Shown in pieces: positions 36,648 through 45,893 of a stretch of DNA of 55,966 bases. Within the stretch, counting starts at the first letter, position 1. Every line of letters starts with the position of its first letter. The position numbers and the translations under genes are program-made. Location of the stretch: assembly GCA_037143535.1 (NCBI GenBank), contig JBAWYN010000001.1, positions 1-55,966 on the forward strand. Direction: 5' to 3'. The notes under the pieces were generated by a model. That model did not search any database. It worked only from the letters and a program-made list of their open reading frames with translations, and was not told the DNA's origin. This DNA is from Acidimicrobiaceae bacterium. Its GTDB lineage: Bacteria; Actinomycetota; Acidimicrobiia; Acidimicrobiales; RAAP-2.

Positions 36648-36689
36648 ATTCGTTGTCTAGTGGGACAACGCTGACCCGAGATAAGTATA
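36648..36689 (-). promoter_or_regulatory. gltB promoter (-10 TATACT) and structured 5' leader
   Basis: TATACT at 36689-36684; CGTTGTC-N6-GACAACG inverted repeat at 36651-36670, 3 nt before the ATG. Confidence 0.5.
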
Positions 36690-36729
36690 ACGAATCTGCA
36701 ATTACCCGTGCCACGCCTACTGTGGTGGG

Positions 36730-37797
36730 GTGAGTAAAAGTTCGATTGTCGTTGGTGGCGGAATAATTGGCCTGCTGAGCGCTTACCGGCTTGCCCAGGC
36801 CGGTTTTTCTGTCGATTTATTCGATCCACATCTTGCCAAAGGAGCGACATTTGCGGCCGCTGGGATGCTGGCCCCTGGTGGCGAAATTACAAGTGGAGAA
36901 CAGTCTCAGTATTCAGTTCAAATGAGGTCAACGCCCGCTTGGCAACTTTTATCGAGTGAGATTGAATCCCTCTGCGGTGAAAAGATTCAAATTCACCAGG
37001 TAGGGACACTTCTCGTTGGTTGGGACAATGCAGACAAGAGACTTGTACAACAGCACCTTGAGCTCGCCACAGAATTCCAGGCCCGTGTTTCGAGTGTTGA
37101 CAGAGACAGCAACCCAACGATGTTTGAAAACATCTCTCCACGGATCAATGAAGGCATTCTGTTGCAAGATGATGCTTGGCTCGACCCAGATCAAGCGATC
37201 ACAGCACTACTTCGCGCTCTAGAAAAGCTCCAGGTCAACCTACGCAGTGATTTTGTTGAAGAGGTTGTCCCTTCATCAAACGGAGTTCAGGTTCGAACTG
37301 CTTCAGGCTCCCATCAAGCCTCTACAGGAATAATCGCAACTGGCTCATCGACGCTTCCATCTGGAATTCTCACCAGTGGCGAAAATTCCCTTCGTCCAGT
37401 TCGAGGGATGACTGTTCGCATGCAAGGATTCGACCGAAGCACCGAGCCAATGGTTCGAGCCTTTGTTCGAGGTAGAAAGATCTACTTAGTGAGCCGCCCC
37501 GGTGGCTACAACGTTGTTGGCGCGTCTTCTGATGAAAGCGGCAACGCCGTTGTGGAAGCTGGTGAACTTCTACGTCTTCTCCGTGATGCACTTGAAGTTT
37601 TCCCTGCACTCGAAACAGCCGAAATCGTCGAAACGCGAATTGGTCTTAGGCCAGCTGCGCCAAATCACGAACCATTCTTCGAAGAACTTAAGACCCCTAA
37701 CTGGGCTTGGAGTTCTGGTCACTACCGCCATGGCATAACACTTGCTCCCCTGGCCGCCCAGCAGGCTCTTGAGTTTGCGAATGTGAGAGCAAAGTGA
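36730..37797 (+). CDS. thiO: Glycine oxidase ThiO
   Basis: GGGIIG, AAAGMLAP, GLRP, GHYRHGITLAP; adjacent to thiS. Confidence 0.88.
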   Translation: MSKSSIVVGGGIIGLLSAYRLAQAGFSVDLFDPHLAKGATFAAAGMLAPGGEITSGEQSQYSVQMRSTPAWQLLSSEIESLCGEKIQIHQVGTLLVGWDNADKRLVQQHLELATEFQARVSSVDRDSNPTMFENISPRINEGILLQDDAWLDPDQAITALLRALEKLQVNLRSDFVEEVVPSSNGVQVRTASGSHQASTGIIATGSSTLPSGILTSGENSLRPVRGMTVRMQGFDRSTEPMVRAFVRGRKIYLVSRPGGYNVVGASSDESGNAVVEAGELLRLLRDALEVFPALETAEIVETRIGLRPAAPNHEPFFEELKTPNWAWSSGHYRHGITLAPLAAQQALEFANVRAK

Positions 37798-37982
37798 TTC
37801 TGAACGGAAATCAGTCTTCTTTCCAGGGAACGATCGAGCAGTTGCTCGTTCATGAGGGGATCACTCCTCGTGGCGTTGCGGTAGCAATTAATGGCGAAAT
37901 TATTAGTAAATCTGCATGGAACACAACAGCACTGAAAGACAGTGATGTAATTGAAATAGTGACTGCCGCTGCTGGTGGCTAG
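37794..37982 (+). CDS. thiS: Sulfur carrier protein ThiS
   Basis: GVAVAINGEII...D.IEIVTAAAGG with C-terminal GG. Confidence 0.93.
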   Translation: MILNGNQSSFQGTIEQLLVHEGITPRGVAVAINGEIISKSAWNTTALKDSDVIEIVTAAAGG

Positions 37983-37994
37983 AAAGTTATACAA

Positions 37995-38153
37995 ATGACA
38001 ATTAACAATGATCTAATAACTGCAATCGATGAACGAATTGCTGAAGCCATCAAGACAAAGCTGCCAGGTGAAATTGTTTTGCATCTTTGCGAGGCTCGTG
38101 CGTGGTTGCTGCACCCTGATCAGGCTCACGGTTCGCAACGTTCAAGCCAGTAG
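37995..38153 (+). CDS. Small hypothetical protein (52 aa)
   Basis: Manual translation MTINNDLITAIDERIAEAIKTKLPGEIVLHLCEARAWLLHPDQAHGSQRSSQ; fills the thiS-tRNA gap; not in ORF track. Confidence 0.6.
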   Translation: MTINNDLITAIDERIAEAIKTKLPGEIVLHLCEARAWLLHPDQAHGSQRSSQ

Positions 38154-38166
38154 GATTTTCCCTTCG

Positions 38167-38245
38167 CGGGCTGTGGCTTAGTTTGGTCTAGAGCGCTCGG
38201 CTGGGGGCCGAGAGATCGGGAGTTCAAATCTCCCCAGCCCGACCA
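38167..38245 (+). tRNA. tRNA-Pro(GGG)
   Basis: CGGGCTG/CAGCCCG acceptor stem, CTCGG-CTGGGGG-CCGAG anticodon arm, GTTCAAATC T-loop, encoded CCA. Confidence 0.96.
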
Positions 38246-38249
38246 GGAC

Positions 38250-39101
38250 TTAAATACCCTTGTTTCGAAGCGTTCCAAGTCCATCGATGGTTGTTTCAAC
38301 AACATCGCCAGGCTTAAGGAACATCTTTGGAGTTTGACCTTGACCCACACCGTGCGGGCTTCCAGTGAACATGATGTCGCCTGGACGGATCTCACATACC
38401 GATGAAACGTAGGAAACAAGTTCTGCAACAGTGAAAACCATGTCACTCGTGTTTGAGTTCTGATACTTGGTTCCATTAATACTGCAGCTGATTCGAAGAT
38501 CGTTCGGATTTTCAATGTCGTCAGCTGTTGTGAGCCATGGACCAATTGGTGAGAAATTCTCGTGAGACTTTCCAAGTGAGAACTGTGCTGGCGATCCTGC
38601 CATTTGAAGTTCACGGTCACTGAGGTCGTTTCCAGTGCAGTATCCAGCAACGTAGCTGAGTGCATCTTCTACCGAAACGTTTCGAGCGCGCTTTCCGAAA
38701 ACAACTACTAGCTCTGCTTCCCAGTCCGTTGTTTCTGAGGGGATCTTGAAGGATGAGTTTGCGCCCGTGATTGAAGATTGAAATTTTGTAAAGACCATTG
38801 GTCGAGTTGGCAAGACGAGCTTCATCTCTTCGGCGTGGGTGCGGTAGTTAAGTCCAATGGCGAAAATTTGCGACGGGTTTTCAATCACTGGGCCAAGGTC
38901 GTTGCGACTCATTATTTCATCGAGGGTTGCGACTGTGGTCGGTGCCGGATCAGTGTCGTAGAACCACTTTTTGAGAGCATCGAGGTTGTTGATTGCCTTA
39001 TCGACGGAACTCGAGAATGCTCCGTCCGAAGCAGTTTGGACGTCAATGAGTCCTTCTTCAGAAATAATTGTCGTGCGGCCGGCAACGTTGGCGAGTCTCA
39101 T
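38250..39101 (-). CDS. Fumarylacetoacetate hydrolase family protein
   Basis: IGLNYRTH, FTK, DWEAEL, GNDLSDR, PGDIMFTGSP.GVG. Confidence 0.94.
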   Translation of the reverse strand: MRLANVAGRTTIISEEGLIDVQTASDGAFSSSVDKAINNLDALKKWFYDTDPAPTTVATLDEIMSRNDLGPVIENPSQIFAIGLNYRTHAEEMKLVLPTRPMVFTKFQSSITGANSSFKIPSETTDWEAELVVVFGKRARNVSVEDALSYVAGYCTGNDLSDRELQMAGSPAQFSLGKSHENFSPIGPWLTTADDIENPNDLRISCSINGTKYQNSNTSDMVFTVAELVSYVSSVCEIRPGDIMFTGSPHGVGQGQTPKMFLKPGDVVETTIDGLGTLRNKGI

Positions 39102-39302
39102 GTGTCCCTTTAGTTGGCAATGCGTGATTAGCCAGTTTAGGACTATTTTCAGTACCTGATTGCTACATGCTCGTACCTGTTTTTACTCAATGTTTAGATA
39201 CAATTGTTGAGTAGGCCGGTTTGAAAACTGGCGTTCGTAATAGAAGTAGTTGCGAAATCGCTGTACCTAGAGAGGGTGATTCCAACCGTTGGTTGGACAC
39301 AA

Positions 39303-40715
39303 ATGGAGAAGAAGGATCCCTTCGTCTTACGCCACCTCTCCGATGTGCAGCCGGATCTCTGGTGGCTGGACTCTGACCCTCTTGAGCCTGAATCCCATTC
39401 TGCTCTGATTGGTGATGTTGGAGCAGACCTCTGCATTGTCGGCGCCGGTTACACCGGTCTCTGGACCGCTCTGCTCGCCAAGGAGCGAGATCCCAGTCGA
39501 GAAATAGTTATTGTCGAGCAATACGAAACTGGTGCTGGTGCTTCAGGTCGCAACGGTGGCTTCTGTTCTTCTTCACTCACCCATGGTTTCGGAAACGGAA
39601 TGCACCGGTACGCGGACGAGATGCGAATAATTGAGCGACTTGGCCGTGAAAATCTCGATGAGATTGAGGCAACCGTAAAACGCTACGCCATTGAATGTGA
39701 CTGGGAACGAACTGGTGAATTAAGCGTTGCCGTTGCTCCTTGGCAGTTCAAAGACATGGCCGAAGATGCACGGCTGCGAAATGAATTTGGAGATCATGTA
39801 GAAGTTCTCTCCAAGGAAGAAGTTCAAAAGCGAATCCACTCTCCCATCTACGAGGGTGCATTGTTTGATGTAGACGGAACAGCTCTAGTGGATCCTGCAC
39901 GACTGGTTTGGGGTCTCGAGAAGGTGTGCTTGTCGCTCGGAGTGAAAATTTTCGAGAACTCAAAAGTCGAACGCCTCGAAGACCTTGATGGCGCCGTTCG
40001 TGTTCACACTCCTTATGGTGCAGTTACCGCTGCGAAGGTCGCACTCGCCACCAATGTTTTTCCTTCCCTCGTCAAAAAGGCTCGTAAATACGTCGTCCCG
40101 GTCTATGACTTTCAACTTGTAACCGAACCTCTGAACGAAGAGCAACTCGAGAGCATTGGGTGGGATGGTCATGAAGGAGTTTCGGACGCTGGAAATCAGT
40201 TTCACTATTACCGACTGACAAAGGACCACTGTATTTTGTGGGGCGGCTATGACGCGATCTATAACTTCCGAGGCAAGGTCACGAGCGAGCCTGAATACAA
40301 CGCGGAAACCTACGCAATGCTCGCTGAACACTTCCTAAAGACGTTCCCCCAGCTCGCAGGAATTAAATTCACTCACGCCTGGGGCGGGGTCATCGACACG
40401 TGCACGAGATTCTCGCCCTTCTGGGGCACTGCACACAGCGGGAAGGTCGCCTACGTCCTGGGTTACACCGGGCTTGGCGTTGGAGCTACTCGCTTTGGTG
40501 CAAACACCATGTTGGATCTTTTAGATGGTCTGGATACGGAACGAACAAAGTTGACAATGGTCCGCAAAAAACCGATGCCATTTCCTCCTGAACCGTTTAG
40601 ATGGTTCTTCATTAGTCTTACAAAATGGTCAATTAAGCGTGCCGATGAGAATGAAGGAAAGCGAAATCTCTGGTTGAAGACCATGGACTTGTTTGGCCTT
40701 GGCTTTGATTCCTAG
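39303..40715 (+). CDS. FAD-dependent oxidoreductase (PuuB/DadA family)
   Basis: VGAGYTGLW, GASGRNGGF, GYTGLGVG; alternative start GTG 39276. Confidence 0.9.
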   Translation: MEKKDPFVLRHLSDVQPDLWWLDSDPLEPESHSALIGDVGADLCIVGAGYTGLWTALLAKERDPSREIVIVEQYETGAGASGRNGGFCSSSLTHGFGNGMHRYADEMRIIERLGRENLDEIEATVKRYAIECDWERTGELSVAVAPWQFKDMAEDARLRNEFGDHVEVLSKEEVQKRIHSPIYEGALFDVDGTALVDPARLVWGLEKVCLSLGVKIFENSKVERLEDLDGAVRVHTPYGAVTAAKVALATNVFPSLVKKARKYVVPVYDFQLVTEPLNEEQLESIGWDGHEGVSDAGNQFHYYRLTKDHCILWGGYDAIYNFRGKVTSEPEYNAETYAMLAEHFLKTFPQLAGIKFTHAWGGVIDTCTRFSPFWGTAHSGKVAYVLGYTGLGVGATRFGANTMLDLLDGLDTERTKLTMVRKKPMPFPPEPFRWFFISLTKWSIKRADENEGKRNLWLKTMDLFGLGFDS

Positions 40716-40718
40716 CAA

Positions 40719-42689
40719 CTAATCGTCAGCGCTGGTGTGCGTCTCCATGAGCCCAGAGATCATGTTCACAACCGTTGGGTCAGTGAGTGTTGTTACGTCA
40801 CCGAGTGAACGATGCTCTGCAACGTCTAAAAGCAGACGGCGCATGATCTTGCCTGAGCGAGTCTTCGGAAGTTCCGGTGTCAAGATAATTTGGCGCGGTT
40901 TGGCGATGGGACTAATTGTCTTAGAGACATGTTGACGTAACTGTTCAACAATCTCTGACTGATCATCGCCACCATCAAGCACTGATTGCTTCAAAGTTAC
41001 GAACGCAACAATTGCTTGTCCCGTCAATTCATCTGATGCACCAACAACTGCTGCCTCAGCAACCGCATGGTGGCCAACGAGCGAGTGTTCAACTTCGGTG
41101 GTTGAGAGTCGGTGTCCTGAGATGTTCATCACATCATCAATACGACCCAGTAGCCACAAGTCACCGTTCTCATCCTTCTTAGCTCCGTCACCAGCGAAGT
41201 ATTTGCCTGGAAACCTCGACCAATAGGTTGACTTAAAACGTTCAGGGTCACCGTAGATTCCACGAGTCATTGATGGCCAAGGCGTAGTGAGAACGAGGTA
41301 GCCACCTTCGCCGTTTCCGACTGAATTGCCTTCGTTGTCGACCACGTCAACTCCAATCCCAGGAAGCGCTCGCATTGCAGCTCCGGGCTTAGTTGCTGTA
41401 ATTCCTGGCAGGGGCGCAATCATCATGGTTCCAGTTTCTGTTTGCCACCATGTGTCAACGATTGGGCATTTGTTGGCTCCGATGTTCTCTCGGTACCACA
41501 TCCATGCTTCAGGGTTAATGGGTTCACCAACGGTTCCAAGAAGTCGAAGCGAGGAAAGGTCTCTCGATTTTGGAAGTTCTTCCCCCCACTTCATCAACAT
41601 TCGAATTGTGGTTGGTGCGGTGTAGAGAACGGTCACTTTGTACTTCTCAATGATCTTCCACCAGCGATCTTTTCCGCCTGAGTCAGGGAGACCTTCGTAC
41701 ATCACCTGTGTCATTCCATTGATGAGTGGCCCATAGACAATGTAACTGTGGCCGGTGATCCATCCAATGTCCGCAGCAGTCCAGCTCACGTCAGTGTCAC
41801 GCTTCGCATCCAGGACGTTGAAGTACGTAGTGGCGGCTCCTACAAGGTAGCCAGCAGTCGTGTGATAAATCCCTTTGGGCTTTCCGGTGGTTCCACTGGT
41901 GTACATGATGAACATCGTGTGTTCAGCATCGAAGGATTCTGGAATATGCGTTTCAGACTGACGCTCAACAATGTTGTGCCACCAGTGGTCTCTTCCCTCA
42001 ACCCATTCGACTTCTTGCCCAGTGCGCTTAACCACCAAAACAGCTTTAACGTTTGGGCATGATTGAAGTGCCTCATCAATCGCGGGTTTAAGAGGACTCA
42101 CTGCCCCACGTCTAAATGCTCCGTCGGCGGTCACGACAAACTGACAATCTGAGTCGAGAATTCGACTCGATAAAGCGTCTGCTGAGAAACCACCAAAGAC
42201 CACCGAGTGTGCGGCACCAAGGCGCACGATTGCAAGCATGGCGACCACTGCTTCAGGAATCATTGGCATGTAGACAGCAACTCGGTCGCCCTTCTCAACC
42301 CCAAGCTCACTGAGTGCGTTTGCTGTTTGTGAAACCATTTTCAAAAGATCGCTGTAAGTAATGGTTCGTTCTTCACCTTCTGCATCACCAATCCAGTGGT
42401 AGGCAACTTTGCCGCCTCTGCCCTCATCAACGTGTCGATCAACGCAGCTAACACTCGCATTAAGTTTGCCGTCTGAGAACCAGCGAGCAAAGGGTAAGTC
42501 CCACTCAAGGGTCTTCGTAGGAGCGACGTCCCAGCGGAGCCGATTAGCTTGCTCTCGCCACCATGCAACGGGATCCGTTGAGGCTTCGTTGTAGATGCCT
42601 GGTTGGGCGTTTGCTTGAGCAGCAAATTCAGGCGAAGGAGGAAAAGACCTTGTTTCTTCAAGCCACGCTTCAAGTTTCGATTCAGCCAT
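40719..42689 (-). CDS. acs: Acetyl-CoA synthetase
   Basis: YTSGTTGKPKG, WITGHSY, DTWWQTETG, PKTRSGKIMRR; start set at ATG 42689. Confidence 0.97.
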   Translation of the reverse strand: MAESKLEAWLEETRSFPPSPEFAAQANAQPGIYNEASTDPVAWWREQANRLRWDVAPTKTLEWDLPFARWFSDGKLNASVSCVDRHVDEGRGGKVAYHWIGDAEGEERTITYSDLLKMVSQTANALSELGVEKGDRVAVYMPMIPEAVVAMLAIVRLGAAHSVVFGGFSADALSSRILDSDCQFVVTADGAFRRGAVSPLKPAIDEALQSCPNVKAVLVVKRTGQEVEWVEGRDHWWHNIVERQSETHIPESFDAEHTMFIMYTSGTTGKPKGIYHTTAGYLVGAATTYFNVLDAKRDTDVSWTAADIGWITGHSYIVYGPLINGMTQVMYEGLPDSGGKDRWWKIIEKYKVTVLYTAPTTIRMLMKWGEELPKSRDLSSLRLLGTVGEPINPEAWMWYRENIGANKCPIVDTWWQTETGTMMIAPLPGITATKPGAAMRALPGIGVDVVDNEGNSVGNGEGGYLVLTTPWPSMTRGIYGDPERFKSTYWSRFPGKYFAGDGAKKDENGDLWLLGRIDDVMNISGHRLSTTEVEHSLVGHHAVAEAAVVGASDELTGQAIVAFVTLKQSVLDGGDDQSEIVEQLRQHVSKTISPIAKPRQIILTPELPKTRSGKIMRRLLLDVAEHRSLGDVTTLTDPTVVNMISGLMETHTSADD

Positions 42690-42738
42690 CAAAAGTCCAA
42701 TCTTTTCGCTGTTCTGTATGGAAAGACTATAGAGAAGC

Positions 42739-42772
42739 AAAAACGCCCGCCAGATAACTGGCGGGCGTTTTT
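42739..42772. terminator. Strong intrinsic terminator (bidirectional form) after the 102-aa membrane protein gene
   Basis: AAAAACGCCCGCCAG-ATAA-CTGGCGGGCGTTTTT perfect 15-bp stem with A/T tails. Confidence 0.9.
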
Positions 42773-42788
42773 ATTGAAACTTAAGTAA

Positions 42789-43097
42789 CTAGGCGCGCAG
42801 GCCCTTTGAAACCATTGAGACAACTGCATCCTTAAGTGGAATGAAGCCAAATACGATGGCACCGTTAATAACTACGTTCATCCAAGCGTGGCTTGTTGTA
42901 ATTCCCCAACCAGCTGCTGGTTGAACGCCTACGGCCCAAATCATAAGGATTGCCATTCCAAGGTCTTGGTGTGAACCAATGATTGGAATCATCCGGATTG
43001 GACCATCGAGCTTTAGTGTTCCTGTAAGTCCGTTCCAAACTGAAAGAACAGCTACAAGTAGCGCCGACAAGAGTAAAAATTCGCCTAATACGTACAT
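42789..43097 (-). CDS. Unknown 102-aa membrane protein (about 3 TM)
   Basis: AAGGAG SD, hydrophobic segments, own terminator. Confidence 0.8.
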   Translation of the reverse strand: MYVLGEFLLLSALLVAVLSVWNGLTGTLKLDGPIRMIPIIGSHQDLGMAILMIWAVGVQPAAGWGITTSHAWMNVVINGAIVFGFIPLKDAVVSMVSKGLRA

Positions 43098-43168
43098 TTA
43101 AATCTCCTTTTAAGGTAATTAGTTTGTAATTCTCTCCGCACTAAAAGTTTTCACCAAGAGCTGCCTCC

Positions 43169-43230
43169 ATTACGGTTTTGTAACGAAAAAATATAAGCAA
43201 CACTTACTTATGCGTAACCCAAGGGATTAC
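43169..43230. promoter_or_regulatory. Twin TTAC-N6-GTAA palindromic boxes (putative operators)
   Basis: ATTAC-GGTTTT-GTAAC (43169-43184) and CTTAC-TTATGC-GTAAC (43203-43218), plus an extra ATTAC half-site at 43226-43230. Confidence 0.45.
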
Positions 43231-43301
43231 TGATTTTTCATGACATGCCTGATGTGAGGCAGAAAAAAACTTTTGAGAATGTTAAACATGCGACTCGAAA
43301 A

Positions 43302-44069
43302 TCAGTCGATTGCCCGTCTAAAGGAGGTTATGAATTCTTCCACTTCGCCTGGACCAGCTCCATTGAGCAGCAACTGCACCAAGGCTGAGCCAACGATAAC
43401 TCCGTCTCCAACCAACGAAGCGAGCCTTGCCTGCTCAGGTGTTGAGATCCCAATGCCTACGTAGGCGGGAATGTCACTTCCAGCGCGAATTCCTGCGACG
43501 ACTTCTTCGGCTCCGCCCTCGTCAGATGATTTTCCGGTCACAGCCATTCGAGCAGATGCATAACAAAAGCCTTCAGAAGCCTGGGCAAGCTTTATGGCAC
43601 GCTCAGTACTTGTGGACGGGGCGACAATAAAGATGTTTGCCAAATCATGTGTGTCGCAAATTGCTGCCCACTGATCAGACTCTTCCAGTGAGAGATCCGG
43701 AACGATTGCTCCTTCGATCCCCGACTCGACGAGCTTTCCAATCGAACGCTCGAGGCCGTAGTGGTGGAAAATATTGAAGTACGTCATTGTGATGAGCGGA
43801 ACATCAACGGACATCTTTGCCAGGTCTGCCGCGATTGAATCAAGGTTGGTCCCTCGAGAAAGCGATGTGAGCGCTGCTTCTTGAATAACAACGCCGTCCA
43901 TAATTGGATCGCTGAAAGGAATTCCAATTTCAACTGCATCTGCTCCAGCGTGCACCGCAGCCTCTACGTGTTGCGTCCAGTCAGGGGTTAGTCCAGCCAT
44001 GAAATACGGAACAAGCGCCTTGCGACCACTATCTCTGACGGCACGAAGCTTCGTCTCTAAAGACTTCAT
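43302..44069 (-). CDS. trpA: Tryptophan synthase alpha chain
   Basis: EIGIPFSDPIMDG, VPDL, GDGVIVGSA. Confidence 0.96.
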   Translation of the reverse strand: MKSLETKLRAVRDSGRKALVPYFMAGLTPDWTQHVEAAVHAGADAVEIGIPFSDPIMDGVVIQEAALTSLSRGTNLDSIAADLAKMSVDVPLITMTYFNIFHHYGLERSIGKLVESGIEGAIVPDLSLEESDQWAAICDTHDLANIFIVAPSTSTERAIKLAQASEGFCYASARMAVTGKSSDEGGAEEVVAGIRAGSDIPAYVGIGISTPEQARLASLVGDGVIVGSALVQLLLNGAGPGEVEEFITSFRRAID

Positions 44070-45250
44070 TATTCGCCTCGAAGTAGTGAGCGAACTTGTG
44101 CAACATCCTTGTCGCCTCTTCCTGAGAGGTTGAGGAGAACAGATGATCCCTTTGGAATTGCCTTACCTGCTTCACGTGTAATCCACGCAACGGCATGAGC
44201 CGTTTCCAGTGCTGGAATAATTCCCTCGAGTTCGCTCAATAGCTGAAGGGCATCGAGGACTACTTCATCACCAATTGGGTAGTACTCGGCACGACCTGCA
44301 TCAGCGAGGTGAGCATGCTCTGGGCCGATACCCGGGTAGTCCAGTCCCGCAGAAATTGAATGAGCTTCTTCGATTTGTCCAAATTCACTTTGGATGAGCA
44401 TTGAGCGCATTCCGTGCAGAACACCTGGTGAACCGTTTTTGACTGCGGCTCCCCCAGCGGCTTCAACTCCGATGAGTCGAGCTGAGGTATTTGCGAATCC
44501 CGAGAAGATTCCCGCTGCGTTTGAGCCACCTCCAACACAGGCAACAACGAAGTCTGGAGTTGCAACACCAAGTTCAATCAATTGCCTTGAGGATTCGTGT
44601 CCAATGATGCTTTGCATTTCACGCACCATCCATGGGAATGGATGGGGTCCCATTACAGAACCGAGGCAGTAGTGCGTATCGGTAACGCAGGTGACCCATT
44701 CACGCATTGCCTCGTTCACAGCATCTTTGAGCGTTCTGCTTCCTGAAGTAACTGGAACAACCGTGGCGCCTAAAAGCTCCATACGAAAGACGTTGAGAGA
44801 TTGACGAACTGTGTCGACTTCACCCATGTATACGGTGCACTCAAGACCGAGTCGTGCTGCAGCGGTTGCCGTAGCAACTCCGTGCTGTCCGGCACCGGTC
44901 TCAGCAATAACTCGAGTCTTTCCCATTCGCTTGGTTAAAAGAGTCTGTCCGACCACATTGTTGATCTTGTGCGATCCTGTGTGAGCAAGATCTTCACGTT
45001 TCGCATAAACGTTGATGCCAAGCTTTTCTGAAAGTCGAAGTAGTGGAGTTACTGGTGTTGGTCTCCCAGCAAATTGGCGGAGCACTGTGTTGTACTCCTC
45101 AATGAATGCAGGGTCTGACCAGGCGTCCTTGAATGCGATTTCTAGTTCCAGGCACGCTGGCATCAGAGCTTCGGGGACGAAGCGACCTCCGAAATCACCA
45201 AATCGTCCTCGTTCGTCAGGCGCTTGCATGAATGTCTTTGCATCAGTCAT
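44069..45250 (-). CDS. trpB: Tryptophan synthase beta chain
   Basis: [36 protein letters not shown]; start set at ATG 45250. Confidence 0.97.
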   Translation of the reverse strand: MTDAKTFMQAPDERGRFGDFGGRFVPEALMPACLELEIAFKDAWSDPAFIEEYNTVLRQFAGRPTPVTPLLRLSEKLGINVYAKREDLAHTGSHKINNVVGQTLLTKRMGKTRVIAETGAGQHGVATATAAARLGLECTVYMGEVDTVRQSLNVFRMELLGATVVPVTSGSRTLKDAVNEAMREWVTCVTDTHYCLGSVMGPHPFPWMVREMQSIIGHESSRQLIELGVATPDFVVACVGGGSNAAGIFSGFANTSARLIGVEAAGGAAVKNGSPGVLHGMRSMLIQSEFGQIEEAHSISAGLDYPGIGPEHAHLADAGRAEYYPIGDEVVLDALQLLSELEGIIPALETAHAVAWITREAGKAIPKGSSVLLNLSGRGDKDVAQVRSLLRGE

Positions 45251-45893
45251 TGAAGTCCTCCTGTTGAACAAACGCCTTGTTTGCTTTCCTTACAAATTCT
45301 TGCACTTTGAGCTGATCCTTTTTCCCGGGAGCAGATTCACAACCGGATGAAACGTCAACTCCCCAAGCGCTCGTATTCGAGACTATGCGCAAAACGTTTG
45401 AACTATTCAGTCCGCCAGCTGCGATCATCGGGCGCTGGAAATGGTTCTGTTGCACGTCTGCCCAGGAATGCTCTTCACCGCTGCCGGGCGCAGGGCCGTC
45501 AATGAGCACGGCGTTGACCCGATGTTCATCGAAGTCTTCAATCTCGTCTGTTCCCACTGACATTGCCTTGATGACGGCAACATTCAATTTTCGAAGCTCG
45601 CTAGCGAGTTCCGCGCTGAAAAAAGAGTGGAGCTGAACACAGTCAAGCTCAACTTGTCTGACGAATGAAAGAACCTCAGAATCTGATTGATCCTTAAAGA
45701 CCCCAACACGCAAAATCTTGTCTTTGGCATAATCCGAGATTTCTTGACCTTTGACTTCGTCAATTTTTCGCGGGGATTGTGCAAATACGAGACCAATCGC
45801 TGTCGCTCCTGCATCGACTGCGAATGATGCATCCTCGACTGATGTGATTCCACAAATCTTGATAAAGGAAGGGAGTAGATCGAGCTCAACCAT
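45243..45893 (-). CDS. trpF: Phosphoribosylanthranilate isomerase
   Basis: KICGIT, VQLH, AGGL, GVDVSSG.E..PG.KD. Confidence 0.94.
   Translation of the reverse strand: MVELDLLPSFIKICGITSVEDASFAVDAGATAIGLVFAQSPRKIDEVKGQEISDYAKDKILRVGVFKDQSDSEVLSFVRQVELDCVQLHSFFSAELASELRKLNVAVIKAMSVGTDEIEDFDEHRVNAVLIDGPAPGSGEEHSWADVQQNHFQRPMIAAGGLNSSNVLRIVSNTSAWGVDVSSGCESAPGKKDQLKVQEFVRKANKAFVQQEDFND

Noticed and set aside
36648-36729. TPP riboswitch upstream of thiO
   Set aside because: Only 82 bp shared with the gltB promoter, no CTGAGA core, and thiO looks leaderless
38167-38300. tRNA-Pro as an integration site for an island
   Set aside because: No integrase nearby, no duplicated tRNA 3' end noticed, and a metabolic gene ends 4 nt after the CCA
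38126-38665. 179-aa minus-strand ORF spanning the tRNA
   Set aside because: Alternative frame of the FAH gene running antisense through tRNA-Pro; no protein motifs
43246-43270. TGCCT-N6-AGGCA hairpin as trp operon terminator
   Set aside because: Only a 5-bp stem, and on the trp (minus) strand the U-tract precedes rather than follows it
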